From an uncultured Clostridia bacterium (GTDB taxonomy: Bacteria; Bacillota; Clostridia; TANB77; CAG-508): DNA of 64,000 nucleotides. The notes below the pieces were generated by a model, which searched no databases, was not told the DNA's origin, and saw only the letters and a program-made list of their open reading frames with translations. The translations under genes and the position numbers were made by a program. Below are positions 1-11,616 of this stretch, piece after piece (position 1 is the stretch's first letter; each line of letters opens with the position of its first letter). The stretch spans positions 133,691-197,690 of the forward strand of contig CAPPGO010000003.1 of the NCBI GenBank assembly GCA_948678575.1, given 5' to 3'.

Positions 1-101
1 AGCTTTTTCCATTCATTCTGTCTAGAAATAACTTCTGGATCTGCAATTAATCCATTAAGCTCCTCATATCTTTTTTCAACATCTTCTAATTTTTGAAACA
101 T
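1..101 (-). CDS. prfA: peptide chain release factor 1, N-terminal 33 codons only (gene runs off the window start)
   Basis: Minus-strand translation from ATG 101..99 gives MFQKLEDVEKRYEELNGLIADPEVISRQNEWKKL, a typical RF1 N-terminus; RBS AAGGAAGAG lies 6 nt upstream. Confidence 0.55.
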   Translation of the reverse strand, partial: MFQKLEDVEKRYEELNGLIADPEVISRQNEWKK

Positions 102-182
102 AAAAACTCTTCCTTTTCTTTAATTTGCCATAATATTATATCACAATAACTTATTATATACAATAGTTTGGCTCTTTTCTTA

Positions 183-2060
183 CTAACAATTATGTAATGT
201 ATAATCAATATTTAAAGACTTCAAAGTAGCTTCTTCACGATTTGAACAAGTAAAAATTAAAATTTGATGATTATTATATTCTTTTGCTAAGTATTCTAAT
301 ATGTTTTTTAATCTTTCATTATCAAAATATGCAAAAGCTTCATCTAAAATAATTGGCATATTTTCTACTGATAATTCTTTTAAACTACTTAATCTTAAAG
401 ATAAATACATTTGATCAATAGTTCCAATGCTAAGTCTATCAACAGGTACATAATTTCCATTATCTATTTGTACTACCAATCCATCTTCATCACTAACTTT
501 TATAACATTATATTTATTATTTGAAACTGCTGATATTGTTTTGCATAAATTTTCAGTAAATTTAGGACTTATGTTTTTCTTTACCTCATCATAAGCCAAT
601 TCCATACATTCCTTAGCTATATTATATGAATTATTTAAACTATTTAATTCCTCTTGCATTTCATATAAACTATCTAATTTTTCTATTACACTTGGAAGTT
701 CTTCTAATTGTTTATTATCTGTTTTATTATTAAATTCAATTTCGTGGATATTATGTTTCATTTTTTCAATATTTTTTTCTTGCATAATAATTGCTTTTGG
801 CAATTCATCAATATCTTTATCAAAGGCTTTTTCAATAAAACTCATATCTAAAATTTCTTTATAATTTCTATATATTTTTTCCTTTTGTATATCAACTTCT
901 CTATCTAATTCATTCAAATTTTCATTTATTTCTTTGCTTTTTTCTTCATTATTTTTCTTTAATAAATTTATTTCTTTTAAAATATCTTCCTGATTTTTAT
1001 TTTCTTGCTCTTTTATTTGTTTTTTTATATTTTTATCTTTTATAAATATGTAAGCAATATTTAATATACTCAAAAGCAATGCTACTATTCCAAAAATCTT
1101 GTTGGAAACCAATACAAATAGCAATATTGATATGAAAATTAAAACCCCTTCTAATATCCAGAAAAATTTTAAATTTTTATTATCTGTTCTTTCTTCTATT
1201 TTATCATCTTGTAATCGTTCTCTTAGCTTTTCTATTTTTTTATTATTTTCACTTTCTATTTTTTTATTAAATTCTACTTCTGCATATTTTAATTTGTAAT
1301 TATCATGCAATTCTTTAAGTTCATTTAATAATTTCAATTCGTTATCTTTTATAGTTATTTCTTTTTGAAAATTCTCAAATTCATTATTGTTAGAAACTTG
1401 AATTTCTTTTATTTCTTCTAGGTATTTTCTTTTCTCTTCTAATTTTTTTATATCAGCATTTACAATATTTATAGGTTTATTTTGAGTTCTATCAGTTCCC
1501 ACCTTTTCGCCTTGTAATTTTGTTAATGTAGCCAAAGTTTTCTTAAATGATAAATTATCATCACCAGAAGATACTTTATTACTTATTTTTTGAATAATAA
1601 CATTTTGACTTCCTTGTGCTAACTTTACTTCTTCTTGCTCTATTATTGCAGTATTCATATATGTATCTTCATCAATTCCAGTTTGTTCTTCAACAAAAGC
1701 AATTCCTTTTGTTTTATTCTCTTTAAAAGTTTTAGAAATATCTTCTTTTTCCGAATTATATACACTAGCATTTTTCTTTTTGAATTCTCTATAAACTTCA
1801 AATTCTTCTCCATTATCTAAAATGTATTCTAAACTTCCAGAAAATTCTTCTGTTTTCCAAGGTTTATATTTATCAAAATCAGATATATTTTTTCCATTTT
1901 TATTTTTAGAAGCACCATATAACATACTAGTTAAAAATTTAAGTAAGCTTGATTTTCCTGCTTCATTATCACCATATATAATGTTTATTTTAGGTTTTAA
2001 ATCTAATTCTTTTTGAACTAATTTTCCAAATCCATTTACTTTTAAATGACTAAATCTCAT
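183..2060 (-). CDS. SbcC/YhaN-family ABC-type ATPase with central membrane hairpin
   Basis: 625-aa ORF; Walker A GDNEAGKSS near N-terminus; long coiled-coil; hydrophobic hairpin FFWILEGVLIFISILLFVLV; ABC signature and D-loop near C-terminus; adjacent to SbcD-like gene. Confidence 0.55.
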   Translation of the reverse strand: MRFSHLKVNGFGKLVQKELDLKPKINIIYGDNEAGKSSLLKFLTSMLYGASKNKNGKNISDFDKYKPWKTEEFSGSLEYILDNGEEFEVYREFKKKNASVYNSEKEDISKTFKENKTKGIAFVEEQTGIDEDTYMNTAIIEQEEVKLAQGSQNVIIQKISNKVSSGDDNLSFKKTLATLTKLQGEKVGTDRTQNKPINIVNADIKKLEEKRKYLEEIKEIQVSNNNEFENFQKEITIKDNELKLLNELKELHDNYKLKYAEVEFNKKIESENNKKIEKLRERLQDDKIEERTDNKNLKFFWILEGVLIFISILLFVLVSNKIFGIVALLLSILNIAYIFIKDKNIKKQIKEQENKNQEDILKEINLLKKNNEEKSKEINENLNELDREVDIQKEKIYRNYKEILDMSFIEKAFDKDIDELPKAIIMQEKNIEKMKHNIHEIEFNNKTDNKQLEELPSVIEKLDSLYEMQEELNSLNNSYNIAKECMELAYDEVKKNISPKFTENLCKTISAVSNNKYNVIKVSDEDGLVVQIDNGNYVPVDRLSIGTIDQMYLSLRLSSLKELSVENMPIILDEAFAYFDNERLKNILEYLAKEYNNHQILIFTCSNREEATLKSLNIDYTLHNC

Positions 2061-2084
2061 TTTATTATTCCTTCCAATTTATAT

Positions 2085-3167
2085 CTAATTTGACATTGCA
2101 TCTAAGCCTATCTCTATTGCCTTTATTATTTCTTCTTCGCTGTATTCTTCTAATTCAAGTTTTTTTAATGCTTCTTTTACAAAAATTCCTCTTAGATTAT
2201 TTTCCTTAGAAATTTCTTCTAAATTGTAATTTGTTTTCGTTTTATCTTTTACTTTGAATATATTGTTTCTATTTATAAGTTTTAATATTTCTCTTGTGTC
2301 AATTTCAAAGTTCCTTTTTCCATCTAATACAATCTTATAAATATTGTTTTCATCTAAATTAAGTTCTACTATATGTTCTATTAAATCTTCCTTTGATAGA
2401 AATGGCTCTACATTTAGATAAAATTCTATAAATTCTCTATCATCTAATTTTATAAATTCTGTAAGAACTTTATTTTTAGTAATTTCACCAACTATCATTC
2501 CATGTTCTCCAAGTTCATCAAAGCCAAAAGAAATAGGAGAACCTGGATATACAATTTTATTTTCTTTGCCTTTTATAAAATTATTTTTATGAATATGTCC
2601 CATTGCGATATAATCAAAATTTAAGCTCTTTAATTTTGATTCAGTAATAGGATTATACTCAAATCCTTCTTTGTCTTTTGAGCCATTTACATCACAATGA
2701 ACCACAAATATATCTAATTTACTAGAAATTGGTAAAATAAAATTCGAAATATCTGAATTTGACATAGAAAATGAATTAAATCCCATACCATAAATATTGC
2801 AATCTTCTGTTTCAATCTTTTCAATTCCATCTTTAAAAATATATACATTATCTGCAAATTCAAAATTTTGATAATAACTATCTTTAATATATGGATCATG
2901 ATTTCCAGGTGCAATAAAAATTTTAGTATTTGGAATTTCTTTAAATAAGTTATTTATATATTCAATTGTAGATAATCTAACATAATTATGTTCATATAAA
3001 TCACCAGAAATAAAAAAATATTCTATTTCATTTTCTTTTATAAAATCTATTGCTTTTTTGAAAATTTTTCTTTGTTCTAATCTTCTAACATCACCTAAAT
3101 TTTCTACACTATTTAAGCTTGAAAAAGGTGCATCAAAATGCATATCTGCTATATGTACAAAATTCAT
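2085..3167 (-). CDS. SbcD/YhaO-like calcineurin-type metallophosphoesterase (nuclease subunit)
   Basis: 360-aa ORF; motifs DMHFD, GDLYEH, GNHD, GHIH typical of Mre11/SbcD phosphoesterases; downstream partner is the SbcC-like ATPase. Confidence 0.6.
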   Translation of the reverse strand: MNFVHIADMHFDAPFSSLNSVENLGDVRRLEQRKIFKKAIDFIKENEIEYFFISGDLYEHNYVRLSTIEYINNLFKEIPNTKIFIAPGNHDPYIKDSYYQNFEFADNVYIFKDGIEKIETEDCNIYGMGFNSFSMSNSDISNFILPISSKLDIFVVHCDVNGSKDKEGFEYNPITESKLKSLNFDYIAMGHIHKNNFIKGKENKIVYPGSPISFGFDELGEHGMIVGEITKNKVLTEFIKLDDREFIEFYLNVEPFLSKEDLIEHIVELNLDENNIYKIVLDGKRNFEIDTREILKLINRNNIFKVKDKTKTNYNLEEISKENNLRGIFVKEALKKLELEEYSEEEIIKAIEIGLDAMSN

Positions 3168-3289
3168 AAGATTCTCTTCTTTCTTTATTTTTGTGCCTAA
3201 ATTTTATCACAACTAATATTTTTAGTCAATGAATTCAAAGAAATTTTGTTCGTATTTTGTTGTTCTATATATTTCTTTTCAATAATTTA

Positions 3290-3330
3290 AGCCAAAAAAT
3301 TCCCATTTTTACAATGGGAATTTTTTATTA
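3290..3330. terminator. bidirectional rho-independent terminator between convergent transcription units
   Basis: AATTCCCATT-TTTACA-ATGGGAATT 9-10 bp stem flanked by A-run and T-run. Confidence 0.5.
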
Positions 3331-5422
3331 TGGCTCTATTGAACCAAATAATTCATCAAATTTTGCTTCTAATTCTTTTTGAATATCTGATAACTCTTCT
3401 TGGCGTTTTTCTTCTGCTTTTGTTGCTTTCTCTTCTGCTGTTGGTTGATTTGTTTCAAGTGGTGTTTGGTGCTTATCATCAGCATTATCAATATCCGCAA
3501 ATAATTGATCTAATGATTCCAAAGATTGTTGTGCTCCTCCACCTTTTCCAGAGTTTTCATCACCTTCTTGATAAGGATTATATGGATTATATTTTCTCCA
3601 TTTTCCTCTTTCTATTTCAACATCATTATGGTCTACTTTATATTTTGTTATACTCTTTCCAATTGGATATTTAAAGTAATAATATTTATTGGCTTTAACT
3701 GGCTTGATACCTTTTTCATATATGATACAAAGATCTGTATCCATTCTACGAAGCTCATCTGGTGTCATAAGTGCTCTACCCATAATTTGGTCAGATTCAC
3801 TCTTACCTTGTTTCCAATCTTCTCTATCTTTGTTTACTGAAACATTGTCTCTTGTGATTGTCTTTTCACCTAATGCCTTAGAAAAATATTCAACAGTTTT
3901 TTGTGAGTTTGAACCTAAGAAAAGGTGAGTATCACAGTTACCAATGATTGTTTCATAAGCTTCTTTATAAACTGCCTCTAATTGGTCTAAGTTTTGTAAA
4001 ATAACACTAAATGATATTTTTCTACTTCTTGAAGTTGAAATCTTTTTATCAAAATCTGGTATTTGACCAATGTTTGCAAACTCATCTAGTATAAAATATG
4101 TAGGCACTGGAAGTGCTCCACCATTTGCATCAGCAAAGTCATATAACTGTTGTATCATTTGCGAAAAGAATATTGTAAGCAAGAAGTCATACGCTGTATG
4201 TGTATCAGAAGATATAACATACACTGCTGTTTTTTGACTACCTATTTTTGTAAAGTCTATTGTATCTGTTGATGTAACTTCTGCAATGTCTCTTGAATCA
4301 AACTTACCAAGTTTTGATTGCAATGAGCTTAAAATAGAACTAAATGTTTTTTCAGGAGCTAATTCAATAGATTTATAAAACATTCTAGCAGGATGATCAT
4401 AAGGTAATTGATTAATTAAATTTGTAAGTAAATTATCTCCATTATTATTATTTGCTGCTCTAATTAATTCAGAACAACTTGCTAAATTTTGTTCTTCTGG
4501 TGGTCTTACAGCTTTTAGGTAATAAATTAAAGCTTTAAGTAACATCTCAGACATATCATCCCAGAATGGGTCTTGTGCTTTTCCATCACCTTGACCTTTA
4601 ACAATTGTATTAGCAATAACATCGACATCTATTTCATTATTTATGTGATGTAATGGGTTATAACCATCACTGTTTTTAGGATTTACTAAGTTTAAAACTT
4701 TTATATCATAGCCTTTTGATTTAAAAAATCCAGCTGTTTTATCATATAATTCACCTTTTGGATCTGTAAATACATAAGAACCCAAAAGTTGTGTAGCATT
4801 TGGAATAACGTAAGAAGCTGATTTACCAGCACCAGAACCTCCGTACAACAAGGACATTTACATTGCCTCGTTTATCTGTTGGCAAGTAATTTTTTTCAGC
4901 TAATATAATACCTTTATTTCTACTTAAAATTTGATATTGCTCTCCGTTTTCACTCCAATCACTTGAACCATTTTCAATATTCTCATATTCGTGCTTTGGA
5001 AATGCTTTAATAACACCTACTAAAACAAAAGTACCATAGAAAATAACAAACCATTTGCAAACATACATATATGAACCAAAAAACTCTGTAAAACATCTTG
5101 ATACTGAGCCAATTGGATTTCTTAAACCATATCCTATTTTTTTACCATCTTCTGTTTCTTGTATTAATTCTTTACCTTCTTCATCAACACCTAGTAGTGC
5201 TTCAAAAAAAACACTCCAATCAAATTGCTCTTTAATGCTTCCATCATTTTCTCTAACAAACTCTTGTGTTTCTTGATCTATTACAGGTACCCATGCAACA
5301 TTGATAGCTACAGTAAATGGTGCAATTCCCCATAAAAGAACTGCTATTATCAAAACTGTAGCTACAATTATTTTTCCTTTTATTTTTTTTAAGGCCATTT
5401 TTAATTTTTCAAAAAATCCCAT
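3328..5422 (-). pseudogene. VirD4/TraG-family type IV coupling protein; 2-TM N-terminal domain (4823..5422) and ATPase domain (3328..4857) lie in different frames
   Basis: ATPase piece has Walker A LLYGGSGAGKSAS, VIPNATQLLGSYVFTDPKGELYDKTAGFF, YNPLHHI, Walker B ILDEFANIG and MTPDELRRMD, all VirD4/TraG hallmarks. The upstream ORF has two TM helices and ends NVNVLVV just before the P-loop. The two ORFs overlap by 35 nt in different frames, and a stop lies directly upstream of the second ATG. Confidence 0.6.
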
Positions 5423-5458
5423 ACTCTACTTCACCTTTTCCTATGTAAAATCTAGCCT

Positions 5459-5842
5459 CTATTCTCTTTCTGCTATATCTTTATCTTGTGCTTCTTTAAT
5501 TGCTTTTGATTTTTCTGCTTTTGCCTTTATAGCGGCTTTCTTTTTATCATCTAATTCATTTCCTGGAATTTCCATAGATGGATCTGTTTTTACATGATGT
5601 ACAGCTACACCATCTAAAACAAATTTAATATTATTATTAACAGGTTTTCCGCTATCCGTTGTAGCATCTCCACCACCATTTGAAGTAGATGCATTATCAT
5701 TTTCTTTGTGAAAATCTATTTCAAAAGTTCTACCACCTGGTGAAAATACTACCACTGCTATATCAAAACCTAATTCTTTTGCTAAATCTTGTTCTATCTC
5801 AACAGCTTCTATTTCTTCTGAATCCGAATTATTATTAGCCAT
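5459..5842 (-). CDS. hypothetical acidic/lysine-rich protein
   Basis: 127-aa ORF with good coding periodicity; no recognisable motif. Confidence 0.35.
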   Translation of the reverse strand: MANNNSDSEEIEAVEIEQDLAKELGFDIAVVVFSPGGRTFEIDFHKENDNASTSNGGGDATTDSGKPVNNNIKFVLDGVAVHHVKTDPSMEIPGNELDDKKKAAIKAKAEKSKAIKEAQDKDIAERE

Positions 5843-5857
5843 AACTTTTTCCTCCTA

Positions 5858-6391
5858 CTATTTATCCTTGTGTTCGCGGATTTCGAACGCAAAGTATTGT
5901 TTATGTGGTTTTAATTTACATTTTCCCTTAACCTCATTTGTTTCGTCATCAAAATACAAAGTTGGTTTGATTTCTTCAGTAGTTTCTGGATCGATTATTG
6001 AAATCGGTCTTTTCATATTTGGTGTGTATGCAAATTCCTTATACTCTGTTTCTTCTTCATTATATATTGAAGTACATTTTAAAGGCATTGGCTTTTTTGA
6101 AATTTTTACAATATCATAATCTAAAAATCCCATATTAACAACAACTCTCTCTTTGGCAAAAGAAAGAATAACTAGTGGATTTCCATCAGGTGCTGGATTT
6201 TCAACAAAAAATGTTTTCTTTTTGTTTCGTCCAACAAATTCTTCTGCATACTCTAATCTCTCAACTGTATATTTTGGAGAAGTTTTTAAATATTCTTTTT
6301 CTGTTCTGTTTACTTGATAAATAACAGTACTAGTTCCTTGTGGCTCTGTTATACTGAAATATTTTCCATGTAAATTGTTTTCTTCTTCCAT
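5858..6391 (-). CDS. hypothetical protein
   Basis: 177-aa ORF, tightly spaced with neighbours; no recognisable motif. Confidence 0.35.
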   Translation of the reverse strand: MEEENNLHGKYFSITEPQGTSTVIYQVNRTEKEYLKTSPKYTVERLEYAEEFVGRNKKKTFFVENPAPDGNPLVILSFAKERVVVNMGFLDYDIVKISKKPMPLKCTSIYNEEETEYKEFAYTPNMKRPISIIDPETTEEIKPTLYFDDETNEVKGKCKLKPHKQYFAFEIREHKDK

Positions 6392-6482
6392 TCGCTAAAA
6401 CACACCCCTCTATACATTATTTTGTAATGCATGTCTTTCGTATAATATTACTAAAATATTATATCGCACCACACATTATATG

Positions 6483-7376
6483 TCAACTATTTTCAAAGTT
6501 TATGTCAACTTTTCTAGGATTAAATTTTGAAATCTTTTTTAGTTCCGTAAATAACTCTTTTTCTTTTGCTGAATATTCCTTTGGTATTAATATCCTTGCT
6601 TCTAAAACAAGATTTCCTCTACCACCTTTTCCATCTTTATATCCTTTATTTTCTATACTTATAATCTCTCCTGAACATATACCAGCTGGTATATACACAG
6701 AAATATCTTCATTTATTCCATTTATTTTTATCTTTGTTCCTAGTGCTGCTTCCCAAGGTGATAAATATAATAATTTTCTAATATTATAACCTTCTAATGA
6801 AAATTCATCATCATTTTTAATTTTTATTTTAATAAGTAAATCACCATTTTTTCCACCATTAGTGCCTGGTTTACCTTGACCCATAAGTCTAATTTTTTCA
6901 TTATTTCTAATACCTGCTGGAACATCTACCTTTAAAGTTTTCATACTACCTTCAACCGTACGAAGTGATATACTTTTTGTTACACCACGAAATGCCTCTT
7001 CTAGTCTAAGTTTCAACTCAGTTTCAACATTTTCGCCTTTTGCTGGTGCTTTAACATCTTTTTTTACACCTTTTTCTTCGCTAACATTTCCAAAGAAAAT
7101 AGTAAAGAAATCTCCTTTGGGTATATTTTGATATGTAGCTTTTTTACTTCCTACATTTCTATTCCAAATTCTATCATATTTCTTTTTTGTAGAAGCTTCT
7201 GATAAAATTTTATATGCTTCATTTATGTCTTTAAAACGCTCTTCACAATTTCTATTTCCAACATTTACATCAGGATGATATTTTTTTGCTTGTTCACGAT
7301 ACGCATTTTTTATTTCATTTATATTCACTTTATTAGTATCTAAATTCAATATTTTATAATAATCTTTGAAAATCAT
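6483..7376 (-). CDS. CbpA-like J-domain co-chaperone (J domain plus DnaJ C-terminal domains, no zinc finger)
   Basis: DYYKILNL...YREQAKKYHPD J-domain with HPD tripeptide; C-terminal DnaJ_C-type beta domains; extended -10 promoter TGATATAAT upstream. Confidence 0.6.
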   Translation of the reverse strand: MIFKDYYKILNLDTNKVNINEIKNAYREQAKKYHPDVNVGNRNCEERFKDINEAYKILSEASTKKKYDRIWNRNVGSKKATYQNIPKGDFFTIFFGNVSEEKGVKKDVKAPAKGENVETELKLRLEEAFRGVTKSISLRTVEGSMKTLKVDVPAGIRNNEKIRLMGQGKPGTNGGKNGDLLIKIKIKNDDEFSLEGYNIRKLLYLSPWEAALGTKIKINGINEDISVYIPAGICSGEIISIENKGYKDGKGGRGNLVLEARILIPKEYSAKEKELFTELKKISKFNPRKVDINFENS

Positions 7377-7464
7377 TTAAACATCCTCCGAACTTTGTTA
7401 AAATTCATTGTTATTATATCATGTTCACTTAAATTTGTGAAGTAAAAAATATTTTTTTAGAAAT

Positions 7465-7510
7465 AAAAAAGCTATTTAGAAATTTTCTAAATAACTTTTT
7501 CTTTTTTATT
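7465..7510. terminator. rho-independent terminator (13-bp stem with one mismatch, T-run on both strands)
   Basis: AAAAAAGCTATTTAGAAA-TTT-TCTAAATAACTTTTTC located between the dockerin fragment and the cbpA-like gene. Confidence 0.45.
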
Positions 7511-7525
7511 ATTTACTTTTTAATT

Positions 7526-10500
7526 TCAAGAAATATTAATTTGTGCTAAATCTGTTATTGAAATTTTTCCATCACCATTTACATCTCCTGCAATATCTTC
7601 AATTCCTGTTAAAGTATTTTTTTCTATAAGATGTAATTTAACTTTTGCAACATCTACTACTGAAATCTTTCCATCTCTATTAATATCTCCTATAACTATT
7701 AATGTATATTCTACATTTTCTCCAATTTTTATTGTCATTCCTGTACATATAATACTATCATCTTACACTTTGTTGCCATTACTATCTAAAATTGTTATTT
7801 CTTTATTTGTTTCTATATTTTTCTTAAATTCAGTTACTGTTGTTTTTTGTGATATTCTTGATATATATGTTCCTTCAATTTTATATATATTTGAAGAAAT
7901 CTCTGACTGTTCTTTTTCTAGAATTCTTAATAGTAATTGTACATCACTTGTAGATATATCATTTGTTCCATTACTTCCTTCAATAGATACTAACTTGAAT
8001 ATAGTTTCACTTGGAACTTGTATTGTTTCTTTTACTTTTAATTTTACTTTAAATATTGTTTCTTCTTCAGTTATGTATTTATCACTTTCTGTTACAAATT
8101 TAAAGTTATCATCATTAAATGAATTTTCATCTAAATTCCAATTGTTTTGTTCTAAAATTTCTATAACTTCCAATTTTTCTTTATCATATTCAAATTTTCC
8201 TGTTAATGCTATTAATCCTTTTTTGAAGTTTTTCATATTTTTTACTTTTACATTTACTTCAAATTGCTCTCCTGAATTTAATGTTTCTTTTGGAGTTTCT
8301 AAACTTAAATTAAAACTTGGAAGTGTTGGAACATCTGGATTTTCCTCACCTTTTATCCATGCAACTACTGCTTTTGCTGTTCCTGTATTTCCTGCTGCAT
8401 CTACATATTCAAAAGTGCTTTCTCCGTTTTCTTTAAATGTATGTGTCATTTTTCCATCGTTATTCGTAACTGTAATATTTCTTATTGGATTAATTAATTC
8501 TGCTACTACATCTTTATTAGTTGGAGTAGTAATATTATAATTTACATCTGCTCTCGGTGTCTCATTTACTAGAACATTTTCATATAGTTTTATAACAGAT
8601 GCGGTAAACACTTTATACTTAGTAGCTGAATCCATTGGTGTGTAAATGCTTTCACATTCAAATTTAACATACAAAGCTTTTTTTGCTCTGGAAAATCAAT
8701 ATGTTTTAGAGAAACATTATTTCCTAAATTATCTTTACTTCCTGCTAATTCCCAATTAGTACCATCCATACTTACATAAATATTAACTTTTTTGGCTACA
8801 CCATAAGGTACTTTAACAATATTTACAGCACTTTTATCAGGTATAAAGTCTAATCCTGATATATATCTTGGTTGATCTAATTTAATTGTTATATAAGCAG
8901 GAAACATACCAGCTTTAGAACGCCAATAAGTATTAACATTTCCATCAATAACATTATTAAAGTTTCCTGCACCAGTTGCATTTTTTCAAATTCTTAGATT
9001 GAATATACCATTTTGTATCATCAGAATTATTTTCTTTAAAAGTAAAATATACTGGATCACTAGCAACTTGGGTTCCCGAAGCAGTTACTCTAACATAAAC
9101 TCTTGTATTTCCATTAAACACTGGATTAGTATTAGCAAATGAATTCCATTCTCCACTAGGATCTAATGTCCATTCCATATCATTAGTTGTATTTTATATA
9201 CAATTTTCTTCATCATTACTTGAAACTACTCCACCTGGAAATGCTCTTTTTGTAATATCAATTGTATAAATATTTGCCTCAGTCATAGGCAATCCAGATA
9301 TATGAATTTTAATATCATCATTTACATTAATACTTGCAATTTCCTCATTTGTAAGTTGTACAGAATGATCATAACATTCTTTCCATGTATTACCAGCATC
9401 TAAACTATAACTCCATGTTACTTGTGCACTTTGTAGTTGTTTAGATAAAATTATTTTACCTGCATATTTTCCATCAAATGAAAATGTTGCAAGTTCTGAT
9501 TGTGGTTTACCTAATAATGTTGTAGCTACCCCTCTGCGTATATTATTGGCACTCACTTCAGCCCATTGTAATGTATTTGTTCTTAATGCTACTGCCTCTG
9601 CATTTAATGTAGGATTACTAATTTTTCCAATAATCATTCCAAATAAATCGTAAAATGCAAGAGGTCTTGTTTTATATATAACCTGAAATTCTTTTATAAG
9701 ATTTAAACAATCTTCTTCTGTAAATACACTGTTATTTTTATATAATTATACTAAACTATACCAAGCATCAACATTTATTTTTTGTGCATTTATAACTTTA
9801 CGATAAAACTCATTTTGTTTTAATGGATCGCCTTCATAAGCATGTGCAAGCATTATATACTTTTCTGCTATTTTATAATTGCTATAATCATTAACTGCTT
9901 CTTGAGCAATTGCTAAATAACTTAGATTTGAACATCCAGTAGAATATTGTTGTCCCCATCCTAATAATGCTCTATAACCAATACCACTTTGCATAAGAGG
10001 AGACCTTTTAGTTGCAAAATCAAAAGTAGTTGTACCATATGATGAATCTCCCCATGTCCAACCTGAATAAATGTCCCCCAAGAAGCATCTCCATTACTAT
10101 TATAATTTGCAACTGCATAAGCAAGGTGTATTGGCTGACTAACTGGATATGCTGGTACTCCTGTTGAATTATACACATTAGTACTTGTTTGACCAAAACC
10201 AACACATTGGGTTCCAGCTGTAAAAACTATCCATTGTGGTACTAAATATTTTTGATAAGGTATACCATATTCTAAAAAGTGAAATTTATTATTCCACATA
10301 GTTTTATTTTCTTCACTATAATATTTATCATCAAAATATTGATAATATCTATTATATCTTAACCAAGCATGAGAATATCCTCCTCCTCTACTCATAACAT
10401 AATCCCTTAGCCATTCAATCTCATTATCTGATATGGAAGCTTTCATAACAGATTTCATTTCCTCAACTTCTAGTTTTGGAAATACTGAATTTAATTTATT

Positions 10501-11390
10501 TGCTAAGTACATTTTTTTATAAACTGCATAACGTCTTACTGGATCAGATACATGTGAACTATTTGGATCATTACGTTTTGAATTATCATATCCATCTTCT
10601 GCAACGTTTGGCATAAAAGAACGAACTAATGCAGAGTGTGTATGAGAAATAGCCATAATCATTTTTTAAATACATCGCCATTACGATAACCATTTGCTCC
10701 ATTATCATTTACATATAATCTTAAATATCTAGCACCTTCTATAGGCACTCTACATTCTACTGCATTTTGGTTTGGTGATACTGGTGCTCTATATTTTTCC
10801 GTCCAATTTTGACCATCATTTGATGTTGAAATAACAAATGTTACACCATTTCTAGCAGTTGATGTAGTATTTAATCCTAAATATGCATAAAAATAATCAT
10901 ATTCTGAGAAATTTCTTAAATCATAATATAAATCTGAAGTTGCATGAGCCCAAATACCTTTATCAAAACTTGTCGCTGTTCCACCAATTTTTACTGTTAT
11001 TTTTGTATTTGTTGATGTTTTATCATTAAGAATACTACCATATTTTGTACTTGATTTACTCATACGTGGTATGTCTGATAAATATGTAAGTTTACCTGTT
11101 GCTCTTGTTTCAGAAGAATATGTTGTTGGTACAGCTTTAACTTTTATTGCATTTTTTTATTCTTGTGCTACTTCAAATGTTTCTAAATACCCATTTGTAC
11201 TTTCCTTTATAGATGAATTTTGCTTATCTTCTACAATTTGCTCAGTAAATAAAACTCTATTTTTACCTACTACTTGCAACAATGTTGATTTCGTATTTAC
11301 TGCATTTGTGTTCGCAAAAAGATAAGTTCCCATTGCTAATGAACATGCTGTAAAAGCTGTTATTGCAATTTTCTTTTGAAAATCCTTCAT
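7526..11390 (-). pseudogene. disrupted, truncated paralog of the giant NPCBM/cohesin-dockerin protein (at least 4 frameshifts and at least 4 in-frame stops)
   Basis: Nine consecutive minus-strand ORF fragments: 11157..11390 signal peptide; 10659..11063 NPCBM-like; 9961..10662; 9746..10081; 9194..9637; 8957..9178; 8590..8907; 7763..8674 cohesin-like; 7526..7738 dockerin with GDINRDGKISVVD and GDVNGDGKISITD. They align colinearly by eye with the N-terminal 900 aa and the C-terminal cohesin-dockerin of the 11617..20028 protein, but alternate between three frames. Confidence 0.65.
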
Positions 11391-11513
11391 AATTTACTTT
11401 CACCTTTACTTTTTATTTATAGTTTTCCTATTATATCATCTTTTTCAAGCAATTTTAACATTTTTATAATAATAGCATATAATTATATTCTAGATTTTAT
11501 GATATAACCTTCA

Positions 11514-11573
11514 TAAAAAATACAAAAAACAACCTCAAGCATCCATTTTATATTGGATTTTACTTGAGGTTGT
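11514..11573 (-). terminator. rho-independent terminator of the giant gene
   Basis: ACAACCTCAAG...CTTGAGGTTGT 11-bp stem with nested inner hairpin, followed on the minus strand by a T-rich run. Confidence 0.5.
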
Positions 11574-11616
11574 AATACATTTTTACTTAGCTTTTTATTA
11601 TGTATTTTTATGAAAT

